Notes: generated by a model not told the origin, from the letters alone. A DNA stretch of 64,000 nt from Thermoanaerobaculia bacterium (GCA_050186295.1 JBFWYP010000011.1:24889-88888); one strand, 5' to 3'; positions 36,694-47,100 are shown, numbered from the stretch's first letter. Numbers and translations: made by a program.

Positions 36694-37623
36694 GCCGGCC
36701 GCGCCCTTCGGCGGAAAGAGCCAGGAAGCGACGATCGCGCCGGCGAGGAGCGCGACGATGATGCCGAGCGACCAGCCGATCGGGAAGTGCCACCACTCGG
36801 AGAGCAGCATCTTGAGCCCGACGAACGAGAGCACCAGCCCGAGGCCGTACTTGAGGTAGTGGAATCGGCCCATCAGACTGGCGAGCAGGAAGTAGAGCGA
36901 GCGCAGGCCGAGGACCGCGAAGATGTTCGACGAAAAGACGAGGAACGGGTCGCGCGTCACGGCGAAGATCGCGGGAATGGAGTCGACAGCGAAGACGACG
37001 TCGATGACGTCGACCACGACGAGCACGAAGAAGAGCGGGGTCGCCAGCAGCTTGCCGGCCTCGCGGACGAAGAAGCGATCGCCGTGATAGTCGGACGTCA
37101 CCGGCAGGAACCGCTTGCACAGCAGGAGCACCGGATTCTTCGACGGGTCGATCGACTCGTCGCCGGCGAAGATCAGCTTGACGCCGGTGTAGACGAGGAA
37201 GCCGCCGAAGACGAAGATCGCCCAGGCGAAACGGGCGAGGAGCGCCGCGCCGGCGACGATGAACACGCCGCGCAGGAAGATCGCTCCGAGGATCCCCCAG
37301 AAGAGGACGCGATGCTGGTGCTCCGCCGGCACCGCGAAGTAGGTGAAGATCACCAGGAAAACGAACAGGTTGTCGACCGAGAGGGCGTATTCGATCAGGT
37401 AGCCGGTGACGAATTCGAGCGCCGTCGCGCCACCGAACTCGAACCCGAGGTAGGCGGCGAAGAGCGCGCCCATCGAGACGAAGAACAGGGTGTTGCGCAC
37501 CGCCGCCCGGGCGGTCACCACCTTTGCGCCACGGTTGAGGACGAACAGGTCGAGCGCCAGCAGCAGACAGCAGCCGACCAGGAAGGTCGTCCAGAGCACG
37601 GGGGAGGCGATCGAGGTCATCAC
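36670..37623 (-). CDS. TerC-family integral membrane protein
   Basis: The protein is 317 aa and multi-TM. The motifs are EYALSVDNLFVF and AVDSIPAIFAVT. The start is GTG at 37623 or ATG at 37620. Confidence 0.85.
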   Translation of the reverse strand: MMTSIASPVLWTTFLVGCCLLLALDLFVLNRGAKVVTARAAVRNTLFFVSMGALFAAYLGFEFGGATALEFVTGYLIEYALSVDNLFVFLVIFTYFAVPAEHQHRVLFWGILGAIFLRGVFIVAGAALLARFAWAIFVFGGFLVYTGVKLIFAGDESIDPSKNPVLLLCKRFLPVTSDYHGDRFFVREAGKLLATPLFFVLVVVDVIDVVFAVDSIPAIFAVTRDPFLVFSSNIFAVLGLRSLYFLLASLMGRFHYLKYGLGLVLSFVGLKMLLSEWWHFPIGWSLGIIVALLAGAIVASWLFPPKGAAGSGAEEQQ

Positions 37624-37702
37624 GGGAGCGGATCGCCGCGAATACGGACGCGACCTCCGGGGAGCGCGAGTCTACCGGAGCGGAGGCGGCGCGAGCGGCG
37701 TG

Positions 37703-37708
37703 TAGACT
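37703..37708 (+). promoter_or_regulatory. Putative -10 box (TAGACT) of leaderless tmk transcript
   Basis: TAGACT ends 8 nt upstream of the GTG at 37717, with no SD sequence. Confidence 0.4.
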
Positions 37709-37716
37709 CTCCGCGC

Positions 37717-38370
37717 GTGGCACTCTTCCTCACCTTCGAGGGTCTCGACGGCAGCGGCAAGTCGACCCATCTCAAAGCGGCCGCCGCCTGGTTCGCCGAG
37801 CGCGGACTGCCGCACGTCGTCACGCACGAGCCGGGCGGGACGCCGCTCGCGCAGGCGATCCGCGAGGTCTTCCTCGACCGCAAATGGGGCCAGATGGACG
37901 GCGTGGTGGAGCTCCTCCTGGTTTTCGCGAGCCGCCGTCAGCACCTGATCGAGAAGATCGAGCCGGCGCTCGCCGCCGGAACGCACGTACTCTGCGACCG
38001 CTTCACTGATTCGACGCGCGCCTACCAGGGTGCCGGCCGCGGTCTCTCCGCGGTGACGATCGACCGCATCGAGGAGATCGCCACCGGCGGCCGCCGGCCC
38101 GACCTCACCCTGCTGTTCGACCTCCCGGCCGATCAGGCGCGGGCGCGCGGCTTGTCGAAGAGCCGACGGCGGGCCGACAGCGTCGACCGTCTCGACGTCG
38201 AGTCGCTCGCCTTCTACGAGCGGGTCCGCGCGGGGTACCTCGGACTGGCCGCGGCCGAGCCGCACCGGTTCCGCATCCTCGACTCGTCGGCGTCGGTCGA
38301 CGAGACGGCGGCGGCACTTCGTGCGACGCTCGAGGACCTCTTGCCGCGGTTCACGGGGAGCGTCGCCTGA
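37717..38370 (+). CDS. tmk: Thymidylate (dTMP) kinase
   Basis: This is the in-frame GTG inside ORF 36787..38370. The protein starts ALFLTFEGLDGSGKSTH (P-loop). The motifs HEPGGTPL and DRFTDSTRAYQG are present. Confidence 0.9.
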   Translation: MALFLTFEGLDGSGKSTHLKAAAAWFAERGLPHVVTHEPGGTPLAQAIREVFLDRKWGQMDGVVELLLVFASRRQHLIEKIEPALAAGTHVLCDRFTDSTRAYQGAGRGLSAVTIDRIEEIATGGRRPDLTLLFDLPADQARARGLSKSRRRADSVDRLDVESLAFYERVRAGYLGLAAAEPHRFRILDSSASVDETAAALRATLEDLLPRFTGSVA

Positions 38371-38447
38371 CGGAGCGCGCCGCCCTCCTCGCCGCACGTC
38401 TCGCGCCGGCCGGTGCGCTCGCCGTCGCCGGCCGGCTCTACCCCGCG

Positions 38448-39248
38448 GTGATTCTGCACGGAGGCTCGGCCGATGAACGCGGAGAGGCGGCGCTCGCGCT
38501 CGCCCGCCGGCTGCTCTGCGAGCGCGCGCCGGAGGAGCGGCCGTGCGGCGTCTGCCGCCACTGCGTGCGCATCGTTGCCGGGGGCGGAAGCGGGGACGAC
38601 GAGGCGTTCCATCCCGATTTCGCCTGGCTCCTCCGCGACCTCAAGACGTCGACCTCGGCCGAGGCGACGCGTGAGTTCCTGCGCGCCGCGCAGCTCACGC
38701 CGTTCGAGGCGCGCGGACAGGTGTTCGTCGTCGCCGAGGCCGACACGCTCACCGCCGAAGCGTCGGACTCCCTGCTCAAGGCGATCGAGGAGCCGGGCCT
38801 CAAGGCGCCGCGGCACTTCCTCTTCCTCGCCCGTTCGCGGATCGACCTGCCTCCGACGCTGCGCAGCCGGTCGCTTTCGGTCTTTCTCGGTTCGATCGGA
38901 CGTCCGGAGGCGGCGGAGATCGGAACCGTCGCGCAGGACCTGCGCGCGAACGCTGCGCGTGCGGCCGCCGCGACGAGCGGCGAGGGGGCGCTCCTGCGCC
39001 TCGATATCGCGCACCGGCTCGCCTCGGCCGGCGACTTCGACGACCCGCGCGCCTCGGCCCCCTGGACCCACGCCGCGGCGATCGTCCTCGAAGCGGCGAC
39101 GCCGCGCGACGGGGAGGAGTTGCCGGCCGGCCTCGCCCGCCGGCTGCTCGAGCTGGCGGAGGCGCTGGGAACGGCGGCGCCGCTCCGGTTGCGCGGCATT
39201 CCGGCCGAGCGGATCCTCGAAGGGCTGATCGCCCGGCACCTCGGCTGA
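38448..39248 (+). CDS. holB: DNA polymerase III delta-prime subunit (N-terminus probably longer)
   Basis: The zinc module is RPCGVCRHCVRI. The motifs HPDF and EASDSLLKAIEEP are present. The in-frame sequence upstream (AGRLYPAVILHGG) looks like genuine HolB N-terminus. However, the only upstream in-frame candidate start I see is a CTG at 38367 overlapping the tmk stop, so the start is unresolved. Confidence 0.75.
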   Translation: MILHGGSADERGEAALALARRLLCERAPEERPCGVCRHCVRIVAGGGSGDDEAFHPDFAWLLRDLKTSTSAEATREFLRAAQLTPFEARGQVFVVAEADTLTAEASDSLLKAIEEPGLKAPRHFLFLARSRIDLPPTLRSRSLSVFLGSIGRPEAAEIGTVAQDLRANAARAAAATSGEGALLRLDIAHRLASAGDFDDPRASAPWTHAAAIVLEAATPRDGEELPAGLARRLLELAEALGTAAPLRLRGIPAERILEGLIARHLG

Positions 39249-39275
39249 CGGCGCGACGCGGAGCGGCATGCGGTG

Positions 39276-39292
39276 ATGACAACGGTTGTCAT
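39276..39292. promoter_or_regulatory. Perfect 8+1+8 palindrome ATGACAAC-G-GTTGTCAT (candidate operator)
   Basis: Read directly in the AT-richer intergenic region upstream of the CAP-domain gene. A second inverted repeat, ATTGTG-N8-CACAAT, follows immediately at about 39291-39310. Confidence 0.5.
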
Positions 39293-39334
39293 TGTGAGTC
39301 GTTCCACAATCGCAAAGCTCTGGAAACAAGAGGG

Positions 39335-40396
39335 TTGCAATTCGTGTCGAGGATCGTCGCACGGCACGCGGTTTGCGTCCCGATCCGGACGGTGAGAAAC
39401 CTCCTGCGGCTTCCGATCGCCCTGCTGCTCCTCGCGGCGCCGGCCGCCGGCGCGACCAGGGACGACCCACCGCCGTCGGTCGACGAGTGGACGGTCGCGC
39501 TGCGCGCGGCGGGGCTCGACCGGTCGGCGGCCGGAAGCGCCTACGATCTCCCCGACGAACCGGACGCACCTCCCGCGGCGACGCAGGAGGAGCAGATCGC
39601 CGAGCTGGTCAACATCCAGCGCGCCGCCTGCCCGGTCAGCGGCTGGTGCACCGGACCGCGAGCTCCGCTCAAGTTCCTGCCGCTGCTCACCGGCGTCGCC
39701 GACGAGCACAGCGAGTCGATGGCGATCCACGACTATTTCTCGCACTGCGACTTCACCAGCGGCACCAACTCCGGACAGAGGGCCACGGCGGCGGGGTACA
39801 TCTGGAACTTCGTCGGCGAGAACATCGCCGCCGGAAACTCGACGGCGTCCGCCACGATGGCCCAGTGGATGAACAGCAGCGGTCATCGCAACAACATCCT
39901 GAGCTCCAACTACCGCGAGCTCGGCGCGGGCTACTACCGTCAGACCGGCGATCTTTCGAACATCGACTACGACGCCAACGGCGACTGCGACTGCACCGAC
40001 GCGGGAGAGAACTGCAGCTTCAATGCGCTCCAGTACTACTGGACCCAGGTCTTCGGTGCGCGGACCAGTGTCTATCCGATGATCATCGAGGGCGAGAAGC
40101 ACCAGGTCACCACCGGCACGGTGGCGCTCTACGTCTACGGACCCGCGGGCGCCGACGACATGCGGTTCTCGAACGACGGCGTGACCTGGTCGAACTGGCA
40201 GACCTACCAGGCGGAGACGACCTGGCAGCTCGCCGGCGGAGACGGACTGCGCACCGTCTTCTCCGAGGTGCGCAACGGCTCGACGGTCTATCCGGCGTGC
40301 GACACGATCTGGCGCACCGGAGCCGGTGGGGGCGAGATCTTCAGCGACTCGTTCGACTGCTACGGCTACGCCTCGTGGAGCCTGGTCTCCCCTTAG
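39335..40396 (+). CDS. Secreted CAP (SCP/PR-1-like) domain protein with extra C-terminal domain
   Basis: ORF 39335..40396 (TTG start). The signal-like stretch is LLRLPIALLLLAAPAAGA. The CAP core is HSESMAIHDYFSHCD...GENIAAG...WMNSSGHRNNILSSNYRELGAGY. Confidence 0.75.
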   Translation: MQFVSRIVARHAVCVPIRTVRNLLRLPIALLLLAAPAAGATRDDPPPSVDEWTVALRAAGLDRSAAGSAYDLPDEPDAPPAATQEEQIAELVNIQRAACPVSGWCTGPRAPLKFLPLLTGVADEHSESMAIHDYFSHCDFTSGTNSGQRATAAGYIWNFVGENIAAGNSTASATMAQWMNSSGHRNNILSSNYRELGAGYYRQTGDLSNIDYDANGDCDCTDAGENCSFNALQYYWTQVFGARTSVYPMIIEGEKHQVTTGTVALYVYGPAGADDMRFSNDGVTWSNWQTYQAETTWQLAGGDGLRTVFSEVRNGSTVYPACDTIWRTGAGGGEIFSDSFDCYGYASWSLVSP

Positions 40397-40402
40397 CCCC
40401 GT

Positions 40403-41125
40403 TCACTTGATCGGCGGGCGGCTGGGCCGGAGCTCCACCAGGCTCGGCAGGGCGTGCGCAGGGAAGGCCATCAGATCGACCACCGCGCGCGCAACGTCCT
40501 CCGGCTGGAGCCGCCAGCTGCCACCCTGGCGCATGCGACCGGCCCCGAAATCGGTCTCGACGCTGCCGGGGCAGATCGCCGCGATGCGGATTCCGAACTG
40601 CCGCAGATCGAGCATCGCCGCTTCCGACATTCCCACCATGCCGAATTTGCTGGCGTTGTAGGCGGCGCCGCTGGCGAACGGGTTCTTCGCCGCCAGCGAA
40701 GCGATGTTGAAGATCCAACCCGAGCCCTGCCGCTTCATGATCGGAGCGACGGCATGGATGCCGTAGAAAGCGCCGAACAGGTTGGTCTCGACGACGGCCC
40801 GGAAGTCGTCGCCGGTCATCTCGTCGACCGGAGCGAAACTGCCGACGCCGGCGTTGTTGACCAGGACGTCGAGCCGTCCGGTCTGCTCCTCGATCCGCGC
40901 GACCAGGGCGTCGACCTCTTCCTGCGCGCGCACGTTGCACAGGGCGGCGTCGACCTTCCCCGGATGGCGCTCGTCGAGCTCGCGCCGGGTCGTTTCGAGC
41001 AGCTCCGGGCTGCGGCCGCAGAAGAAGACGTGGTGCTCGCGCTCCAGCAGCGCCTCGACGATGGCGCGCCCGATCCCGCGGCTGCCGCCGGTGACGAGGG
41101 CGACCTGTTCGGCTGTTCGGTTCAC
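40403..41125 (-). CDS. Short-chain dehydrogenase/reductase (SDR)
   Basis: This is the in-frame GTG at 41125 of ORF 40403..41470, with GGAGG 7 nt upstream. The motifs are VALVTGGSRGIGRAI, NNAG and YNASKFG. Confidence 0.85.
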   Translation of the reverse strand: MNRTAEQVALVTGGSRGIGRAIVEALLEREHHVFFCGRSPELLETTRRELDERHPGKVDAALCNVRAQEEVDALVARIEEQTGRLDVLVNNAGVGSFAPVDEMTGDDFRAVVETNLFGAFYGIHAVAPIMKRQGSGWIFNIASLAAKNPFASGAAYNASKFGMVGMSEAAMLDLRQFGIRIAAICPGSVETDFGAGRMRQGGSWRLQPEDVARAVVDLMAFPAHALPSLVELRPSRPPIK

Positions 41126-41138
41126 TTGACGACCTCCG

Positions 41139-41144
41139 TATAAT
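41139..41144 (+). promoter_or_regulatory. Putative -10 box (TATAAT) heading the metal-resistance island
   Basis: A perfect TATAAT ends 7 nt upstream of the second ATG (41152) of ORF 41143..41529. The first ATG lies inside the box. Confidence 0.45.
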
Positions 41145-41151
41145 GGCGTCG

Positions 41152-41529
41152 ATGTCGGTCCTGCGGCGACTCGTGCTCGTTCCCCTGATCGCGCTCCTCG
41201 CGCTGTCGGCGGCAGCACCGCTCGATGCGATGCGCTGCGAGACGAAGCGCGCCTGTCCGATGATGGCGAATCGGGCCGGACTTTGCCATCCGCAGGGCGC
41301 GGCGACGGGAAACCGCCCGGGAGAGCTCTCGGTGCCGATGGACTGCTGCCGCCAGTCGGCGATCGCCGCCGCGGCGCCGGCCGTCCCCGGGACCGCTCGT
41401 CAGCAGGCTGCCCTGCCGGAGATCGCCGCGCTTCCGTTGCCGCTCCGGCACGAACCGGCAGCCGCTGCACACCGCGCGAATCACCAGGCTCTCGGCCTCT
41501 TCACCCTCCACGCCGTCTGGCGCATCTGA
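41152..41529 (+). CDS. Small secreted Cys/Met/His-containing protein at head of cus operon, unknown family
   Basis: The signal peptide is MSVLRRLVLVPLIALLALSAAAPLDA. The mature part contains CETKRACPMMANRAGLCHP and MDCC. It sits directly upstream of the outer-membrane factor gene. Confidence 0.55.
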   Translation: MSVLRRLVLVPLIALLALSAAAPLDAMRCETKRACPMMANRAGLCHPQGAATGNRPGELSVPMDCCRQSAIAAAAPAVPGTARQQAALPEIAALPLPLRHEPAAAAHRANHQALGLFTLHAVWRI

Positions 41530-41613
41530 TCCCGGCTTCGTAGGCGAAGTGTGTCCGGCGGAATCGTTCCGCCCGGACGCTTCCGTTCGCGAATTCGAAG
41601 TCGGAGGCTCTCG

Positions 41614-42891
41614 ATGCGGTTCTCGTCGTGCTGGATTCTCCTGCCGTTCCTGCTCCTCCCGGCCGCCCGCAGCGGCGCGCAGTCGATCGAGCTCGCCGAG
41701 CTCGAGCGCGAGGCGCTCGCGAGCTCACCACGCCTCGCCGAAGCCGCGGCGCGCCGCGACGCTGCGTTGGCGCTCGTCCCCGGAGCGCGGGTCGCCGCCG
41801 ATCCGGCGCTCGAGCTCTGGGTGCGGAACGCCCTCCCCGGTCTGAGCAACCCGGGCACCGACACGACCGAGGTCGAGCTCATGGTCGTCCAGCCCGTGCG
41901 GTACCCCGGCAAGCGCGGCGCCTGGCAGGAGCTCGCGGCGGCCGAGGCGACGCTCGCCACGGCCGAGGTGGCGAGCGCCTCGCGCGCGGTCGTCACCGAA
42001 GTGCGGACGCTCTACGCCGAGCTCGTCGCCACCGACCGCGAACAGCGCGTCCTCGCCGAAGCCCATGAGCTCCAGGAGCTGCTGATCGCGACCGCACGGG
42101 TTCGCTTCGGCACCGGACAGGAGGAAGCGCTCGCCGTCCTCGAGGCCGAGTTGGCTTCCAACCGCCACGACCTCGTGCTCGACGAGGTCTACTCCCGTTT
42201 CGTCGCGCTGCGCGCCCGGCTCGCCGCTCTGACGGGCCGCCGGCCCGAGGAGCTGCCGTTGCAGGTGGGCACGCTTCCGGAGCCGATCTTCGCCGTCTTC
42301 GAGGGGCCGCTGCCGTTCGATCCCGAGGCGCCGCGACTGGTCGCCGCCAGGGCGCGGGTGCACGCCGCGGAGAGCCGGTTCGAGGCGGCCCGGCTCGATC
42401 TCCGTCCCGACTTCGCGGTCGGCGGCGGCTTCACCTGGCCGGAAGGACGCGATCCGGCTCTCACCGCGAAGCTCGGCATCGACCTGCCGTTCCTGCGCCG
42501 GCGGCGGATGGCGCCGCGCGTCGACGCCGCGGAGGCGGCACTCCGGGCCGAACAGTCGGCCTATCGCCAGCTCGAGCTCGAGCTGGCAGCGCAGGGGAGC
42601 GAGTGGGGCGCCGAGCGGGACCGGCTCGAGCGCGCGCTCGAGGCGCTCTCGGGCGCCGTCGTGCCGCGCACCAGCGCGGCGCTCGACGCCGCCCGCGTCG
42701 CCTTCCTCAACGAGCGTCTGCCGTTCTCCCGTCTGCTCGAGCTGCAGAACGAGTGGTTCCACGCGCGCGTCGATCTCGAGCGCGTCGAAGCCGAGCGCTT
42801 CGCCGTCTGGGCGCGGTGGCAGGAGGTCGCACGACCGGGAACCGTGCCGCTGGCGAGCGAACCGAAGCAGCAATCCGAGGTGCAGCCATGA
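41614..42891 (+). CDS. TolC-family outer-membrane efflux factor (CusC/CzcC-like)
   Basis: This is the internal ATG of ORF 41551..42891, with GGAGG upstream. The signal peptide is MRFSSCWILLPFLLLPAARSGA. It has two coiled repeat halves typical of OEP proteins. Confidence 0.85.
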   Translation: MRFSSCWILLPFLLLPAARSGAQSIELAELEREALASSPRLAEAAARRDAALALVPGARVAADPALELWVRNALPGLSNPGTDTTEVELMVVQPVRYPGKRGAWQELAAAEATLATAEVASASRAVVTEVRTLYAELVATDREQRVLAEAHELQELLIATARVRFGTGQEEALAVLEAELASNRHDLVLDEVYSRFVALRARLAALTGRRPEELPLQVGTLPEPIFAVFEGPLPFDPEAPRLVAARARVHAAESRFEAARLDLRPDFAVGGGFTWPEGRDPALTAKLGIDLPFLRRRRMAPRVDAAEAALRAEQSAYRQLELELAAQGSEWGAERDRLERALEALSGAVVPRTSAALDAARVAFLNERLPFSRLLELQNEWFHARVDLERVEAERFAVWARWQEVARPGTVPLASEPKQQSEVQP

Positions 42892-44156
42892 GTCCTTCCG
42901 CCGCTCAGCCTCTCCGTGTCGCCGTCTGCCTGCTGCTGCTCGTGGCGCTCGGCTGCGGCGCTCCGGCGAGCGAGAACGTCGACAACGATCCGTACACCTG
43001 CCCGATGCACCCCGAGTACGTCTCGGACCGGCCCGGGGACTGTCCGATCTGCAACATGTCCCTGGTGCGGCGGAGCACGCTCGGAGCGGGGAGCGAACCG
43101 GCGGGCAACCACGGAGGACGCGCCGGCGTCGAGCTCTCCGAGAAGGGGAAGGCGCTCGCCGGCGTGGTCACCGCGGTCGCCCGCCGCGAGTCGCTCGCGC
43201 GGACGATCCGGGCCGTCGGCACCGTGGTCGCCGACGAGCGCCGCCAGGTGAAGGCCGCGACCAAGGTCTCGGGCTGGGTCGAGAAGTTGCGGGTGTCGTC
43301 GACCGGCGAGTTCGTCCGCAAGGGGCAGCCGGCGATGGAGATCTACTCGCCGGAGCTGCTGGCGGCGCAGGGGGAGTACCTGTTGGCTCGAGACGCGGCG
43401 GCACGATTCGCCGGTTCGGCTCTGCCCGAGGTGCGCCGCGGTGGCCAGGACCTCCTGATCGCGGCACGGCGGCGCCTCGAGCTGTTCGATGTGCCGGAGT
43501 CGATGATGCTCGAGCTGGATCGCACCCGCACCGCGCGGCGGACGGTCGAGCTCGCGGTCCCAGCGACCGGTTTCGTCACCTCGAAGGAGGTCATCGAAGG
43601 GCAGGAGGTACGCCCCGGGATGGAGCTCTTCACCGTCACCGACCTGTCGCGCGTCTGGGTCGAGGCGAGCTTCTTCGAGTCGGAGGCGCGGTTCCTGGCC
43701 ATCGGAACGCGGGCGGAGCTCGTGCTGCCGTTCGACGGGGGCTCGCGTCGTCCGGTGCGGGTCAGCTATCTCTATCCCACCCTCGATCCGGCGGCGCGGA
43801 CGCTCACGGCCCGGTTCGAGCTCGACAATCCCGGATTCGAGCTGCGGCCGGGGATGTACGTCGACGTCGAGCTCTCGGTCGCATCGGGCGAGCAGGTGGT
43901 GATTCCCGACTCGGCGGTGCTCGACTCCGGAGTGCGCAGGATCGTCTTCGTCGAGAGCGCGCCCGGGCGCTTCGACCCGCGCGAGGTCGAGACCGGTGAG
44001 CGCTCCGACGGCATGGTGGCGATCCTGCGCGGGGTGGAGGACGGGGAGCGTGTCGCGACGCGCGCCAACTTCCTGCTCGACGCCGAGTCGCGGCTCCGCG
44101 CCGCGCTTCCTCCGGCAGGGGAGTCGCCGTCGCCCTCGCACGCGGAGCATCGATGA
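42888..44156 (+). CDS. cusB: RND efflux periplasmic adaptor (CusB-like) with N-terminal heavy-metal-binding mini-domain
   Basis: This is the internal ATG of ORF 42603..44156 and overlaps the upstream stop (ATGA). The lipobox is LVALGCG. YTCPMHPEYVSDRPGDCPICNMSLV is present. HlyD-like barrel-sandwich motifs follow. Confidence 0.88.
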   Translation: MSPSAAQPLRVAVCLLLLVALGCGAPASENVDNDPYTCPMHPEYVSDRPGDCPICNMSLVRRSTLGAGSEPAGNHGGRAGVELSEKGKALAGVVTAVARRESLARTIRAVGTVVADERRQVKAATKVSGWVEKLRVSSTGEFVRKGQPAMEIYSPELLAAQGEYLLARDAAARFAGSALPEVRRGGQDLLIAARRRLELFDVPESMMLELDRTRTARRTVELAVPATGFVTSKEVIEGQEVRPGMELFTVTDLSRVWVEASFFESEARFLAIGTRAELVLPFDGGSRRPVRVSYLYPTLDPAARTLTARFELDNPGFELRPGMYVDVELSVASGEQVVIPDSAVLDSGVRRIVFVESAPGRFDPREVETGERSDGMVAILRGVEDGERVATRANFLLDAESRLRAALPPAGESPSPSHAEHR

Positions 44157-47100
44157 TTCTCGGCAAGGTCATCGGCTTCTCGGCGCGGCACCGGGCGCTG
44201 GTCCTCCTCGTGGTGGCGGCGCTCTGCGTCGTGGCCTGGAAGTCGCTCGAGCGGATCCGGCTGGACGCGCTGCCGGACCTCTCCGACACCCAGGTGATCG
44301 TCGAGACGACCTGGGACCGCTCGCCCGACATCGTCGAGGACCAGGTCACCTACCCGGTGGTCAGCGCCCTCCTCGGGGCGCCGAAGGTGAAGGCGGTGCG
44401 TGGCTTCTCCGACTTCGGCCGCTCGCTGGTCTACGTCCTGTTCGACGACGGGACCGATCTCTACTGGGCGCGATCGCGCGTCCTCGAGCTGCTGTCGAAC
44501 ATCCAGGGCGACCTCCCGGACGGCGTCCGGCCCGAGCTCGGCCCCGACGCAACCGGAGTCGGCTGGGTCTTCCAGTACGCGCTGATCGACCGCAGCGGCC
44601 GGCTGGCGCTCGACGAGCTGCGTTCGCTGCAGGACTGGACGGTGCGCTTCGCGCTGCGCAGCGTGCCGGGGGTTTCGGAGGTCGCCTCGTTCGGTGGCTT
44701 CGTGCGCGAGATCCAGGTGATCGCCGACCCCAATCGCCTGGCGTCGTACGGCATTCCGATCGGCGAGCTGGTGACGGCGATCCGGACCGGCAACGACGAG
44801 AGCGGCGGCCGGCTCCTCGAATGGAGCGGAGCGGAGTACATGGTGCGCCTGCGCGGATACGCGCGGACGCCGGACGAATTCGGCGCCATCGTCGTGCGCT
44901 CCACGGCGGGCGGGCTGCCGATCCGGGTGCGCGACCTGGCGCGCGTCGAGCTCGGTCCCGCTCCGCGGCGCGGCGTCGCCGACCTCGATGGCGAGGGGGA
45001 CGTCGTGGGCGGCATCGTCGTCGCCCGCCACGGCGAGAACGCGCTGCGCGTCATCGAGCGGGTGAAGGCGAAGCTCGCCGACCTCGGCCGCAGCCTCCCG
45101 GAGGGAGTCGAGGTCGTGGCCACCTACGACCGCTCCGATCTGATCCTGCGGGCGCTGTCGACGCTCCGCCACGAGCTCCTGCTCGAGATGATCGTGGTGT
45201 CGCTGGTGATCCTGCTCTTCCTCTGGCACTTTCCTTCGGCGGTCGTGCCGATCGTCACGATTCCGGTCTCGGTCCTGCTCTCGTTCATCCCGCTCTACCT
45301 GCTCGGCATCAGCGTCAACATCATGTCTCTCGCCGGCATCGCGATCTCGATCGGCGTGCTCGTCGACGGCGCCATCGTCGAGGTCGAGAACGCCTACAAC
45401 CGGATCCAACTCTGGCAGGCTGCGGACGGGGCGGCGACCGGAAAGAGCTTCCACGACGTGCGCCTGGCGGCGCTCCAGGAGGTGGGACCGTCGGTTTTCT
45501 TCTCCCTCCTGGTGATCGCCGTCGCCTTTCTGCCGATCTTCGCCCTGGTCGACCAGGAGGGGCGCCTGTTCGGGCCGCTCGCCTGGTCGAAGAACCTGGC
45601 GATGTTCGTGGCGGCACTTCTCGCCGTGACGCTCGATCCGGCGTTGCGGATGCTGTTCACGCGCGGCGAGCCGTTCACCTTCCGCCCGCGCTGGCTCGCC
45701 CGGGCGGCGACCTCGGTCCTCGTGGGGCGCTACCACGCCGAGGAGAGGCATCCGATCTCGCGCGCCATCCACGCGGTCTACGAGCCGGTCTGTCGCGCCG
45801 TGCTGCGGCGACCGAGGACGACCATCGCCATCGCGCTTGCGATTCTCGCTCTGTCGCTCCCGGCCTACTTCCGGCTCGGGTCGGAGTTCATGCCGCCCCT
45901 CGCCGAAGGGACGATCCTCTACATGCCGACGACGCTGCCCGGGATCTCGATCGGCGAGGCGGCGCGCCTCCTCGAGACGCAGGACCGGATCCTCGCCGGA
46001 TTTCCCGAGGTCCTCACGGTGCACGGCAAGGCGGGCCGCGCCGACACCTCGACCGATCCCGCGCCGCTTTCGATGTTCGAGACGGTGGTGGCGCTCCGTC
46101 CGCCCGGAGAGTGGCGCTCGCGCGACGTCTGGTACGAACGGTGGCCCGGATTCCTGAAGCCGCTCCTGCGCCCGTTCTGGCCCGACCGGATCACGCACGA
46201 AGAGCTGGTGGCCGAGATGGACCGGGCACTGCGCATTCCGGGGGTCACCAACGCCTGGACGCAGCCGATCCAGGCGCGGCTCGACATGCTCTCCACGGGC
46301 CTGCGGACGCCGGTCGGGATCAAGGTCCTGGGTGCCGATCTCGAAGAGCTCGAGCGGCTCGGTGCGCGGATCGAAGCGCTGGTGCGCGACGTCCCGGGGA
46401 CGAGGAGCGCGTTCGCCGAGCGCGTCGCCGGCGGATACTTCGTCGACATCACTCCGCGGATCGACGCGCTGGCGCGCTACGGCGTGCGGGTGGAGGAGCT
46501 CCAGGGAGTTCTCGCGGCGGCGATCGGCGGCGAGTCGGTGACCATGACGGTCGAGGGCCGGGCGCGCTACCCGGTGAGTGTGCGCTACCCGCGCGAGCTG
46601 CGCGACGATCCCGACCGGCTCGCCCGGGTGCTCGTTCCGGTCGCCTCGGGAGCGCAGATCCCGCTCGCCCAGCTGGCGACGATCGAGGTGCAGCACGGGC
46701 CGGCGATGATCCGCGACGAGAACGGCTTCCTCGCGGCCTACGTCTTCGTCGACGTCGCCGGCCGCGACATCGGCTCCTGGGTGCGCGACGCCAAGGCGCG
46801 CGTGGCGAGCGAAATCTCGCTGCCGACCGGTACGACGCTCGCGTGGAGCGGGCAGTGGGAGAACATGATCCGTGTCCGCGATCGACTGCGCTGGATCGTG
46901 CCGGCGACGATCCTCCTGATCTTCTTCCTTCTCTACGTCAACCTGAAGTCGGGCTTCCAGGCCGGACTGGTCCTCGCGACGATCCCGTTCTCGGCGATCG
47001 GCGCGATCTGGCTCTTCCATCTCCTGGGCTACGACGTCTCGATCGCCGCCTGGGTCGGCCTGATCGCCCTCCTCGGCCTCGACGCCGAGACGGCGGTCTT

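Noticed and set aside
37624-37716. A yybP-ykoY (Mn2+) riboswitch or PRE-like leader upstream of the TerC-family gene.
   Set aside because: Only 93 nt are available, and they are shared with the divergent tmk promoter. Reading the minus strand, I could not find the conserved GGGGAGUAG and GAGAC-type elements convincingly. An Infernal scan with RF00080 would settle it.
38367-38447. An N-terminal extension of holB starting at a CTG that overlaps the tmk stop.
   Set aside because: The extension looks like genuine HolB sequence (AGRLYPAVILHGG). CTG initiation is rare and I cannot verify it, so I kept the track coordinates and flagged the uncertainty instead.
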